13,639 nt of DNA from a virus. The first letter of the stretch is position 1. Each line of letters starts with the position of its first letter. Below, piece after piece: positions 13,559 to 13,639 of this stretch. The position numbers were made by a program, and so were the translations under genes. The stretch covers positions 1 to 13,639 of IMG/VR virus record IMGVR_UViG_3300045988_119152, one strand, 5' to 3'. The notes under the pieces were generated by a model. The model searched no databases, was not told the DNA's origin, and saw nothing but the letters and a program-made list of their open reading frames with translations.

Positions 13559-13639
13559 GCACACACTTGTCCGCCAGTCAAGGACGCCGAAGTGTCCATG
13601 GGGGAAAGACAAATGTCCGCCCACGGTGTTAATCTACCG
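13559..13639. repeat. Right inverted terminal repeat (ITR), 81 bp perfect
   Basis: It is the exact reverse complement of 1-81. See the left ITR entry. Confidence 0.95.

Noticed and set aside
13400-13624. 74-aa minus-strand ORF starting inside the right ITR
   Set aside because: It begins within the terminal repeat and runs through the AT-rich promoter/leader region. It has no RBS, and its sequence is low-complexity and Phe/Ile/Tyr-rich as expected from AT-rich DNA. It would have to be translated from the extreme genome end.
1-13639. Stop-codon reassignment: no gene ends in TAG (I counted only TAA and TGA stops)
   Set aside because: About 19 genes is too few for the absence of the rarest stop codon to mean anything. 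All ORFs close normally under the standard code, and the one in-frame stop is TAA, which is not a known recoding target.

Overview
The window looks like a complete, end-to-end linear genome of a very small phi29-like tailed phage that replicates by protein priming. Positions 1-81 are the exact reverse complement of 13559-13639, so inverted terminal repeats sit at the exact window edges. Every credible gene is on the minus strand, so the biological left end is at 13639. Reading the minus strand from 13639 downward:
- an AT-rich promoter/leader region;
- a chain of tiny, overlapping early ORFs, one ribbon-helix-helix-like and one interrupted by an in-frame TAA;
- a candidate terminal protein;
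- a family-B protein-primed DNA polymerase;
- a small replication-module protein;
- a gp16-like packaging ATPase;
- a 119-bp structured intergenic gap;
- a YvrJ-like holin candidate;
- an NAGPA/DUF2233-type phosphodiester glycosidase, an unconventional lysin candidate;
- a scaffold-like protein carrying a perfect 7 x 18-bp repeat;
- major capsid protein, tail knob, tail lysozyme, portal and probable lower collar;
- a beta-helix tailspike;
- a strong intrinsic terminator, then the other ITR.
I saw no tRNA, rRNA, CRISPR array, integrase or transposase. Most genes have GGAGG-type ribosome-binding sites, which suggests a Firmicutes-type host (inference). Several ORF-track starts were moved to RBS-supported ATGs. 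All family assignments come from motifs read by eye and remembered reference sequences, not from database searches.
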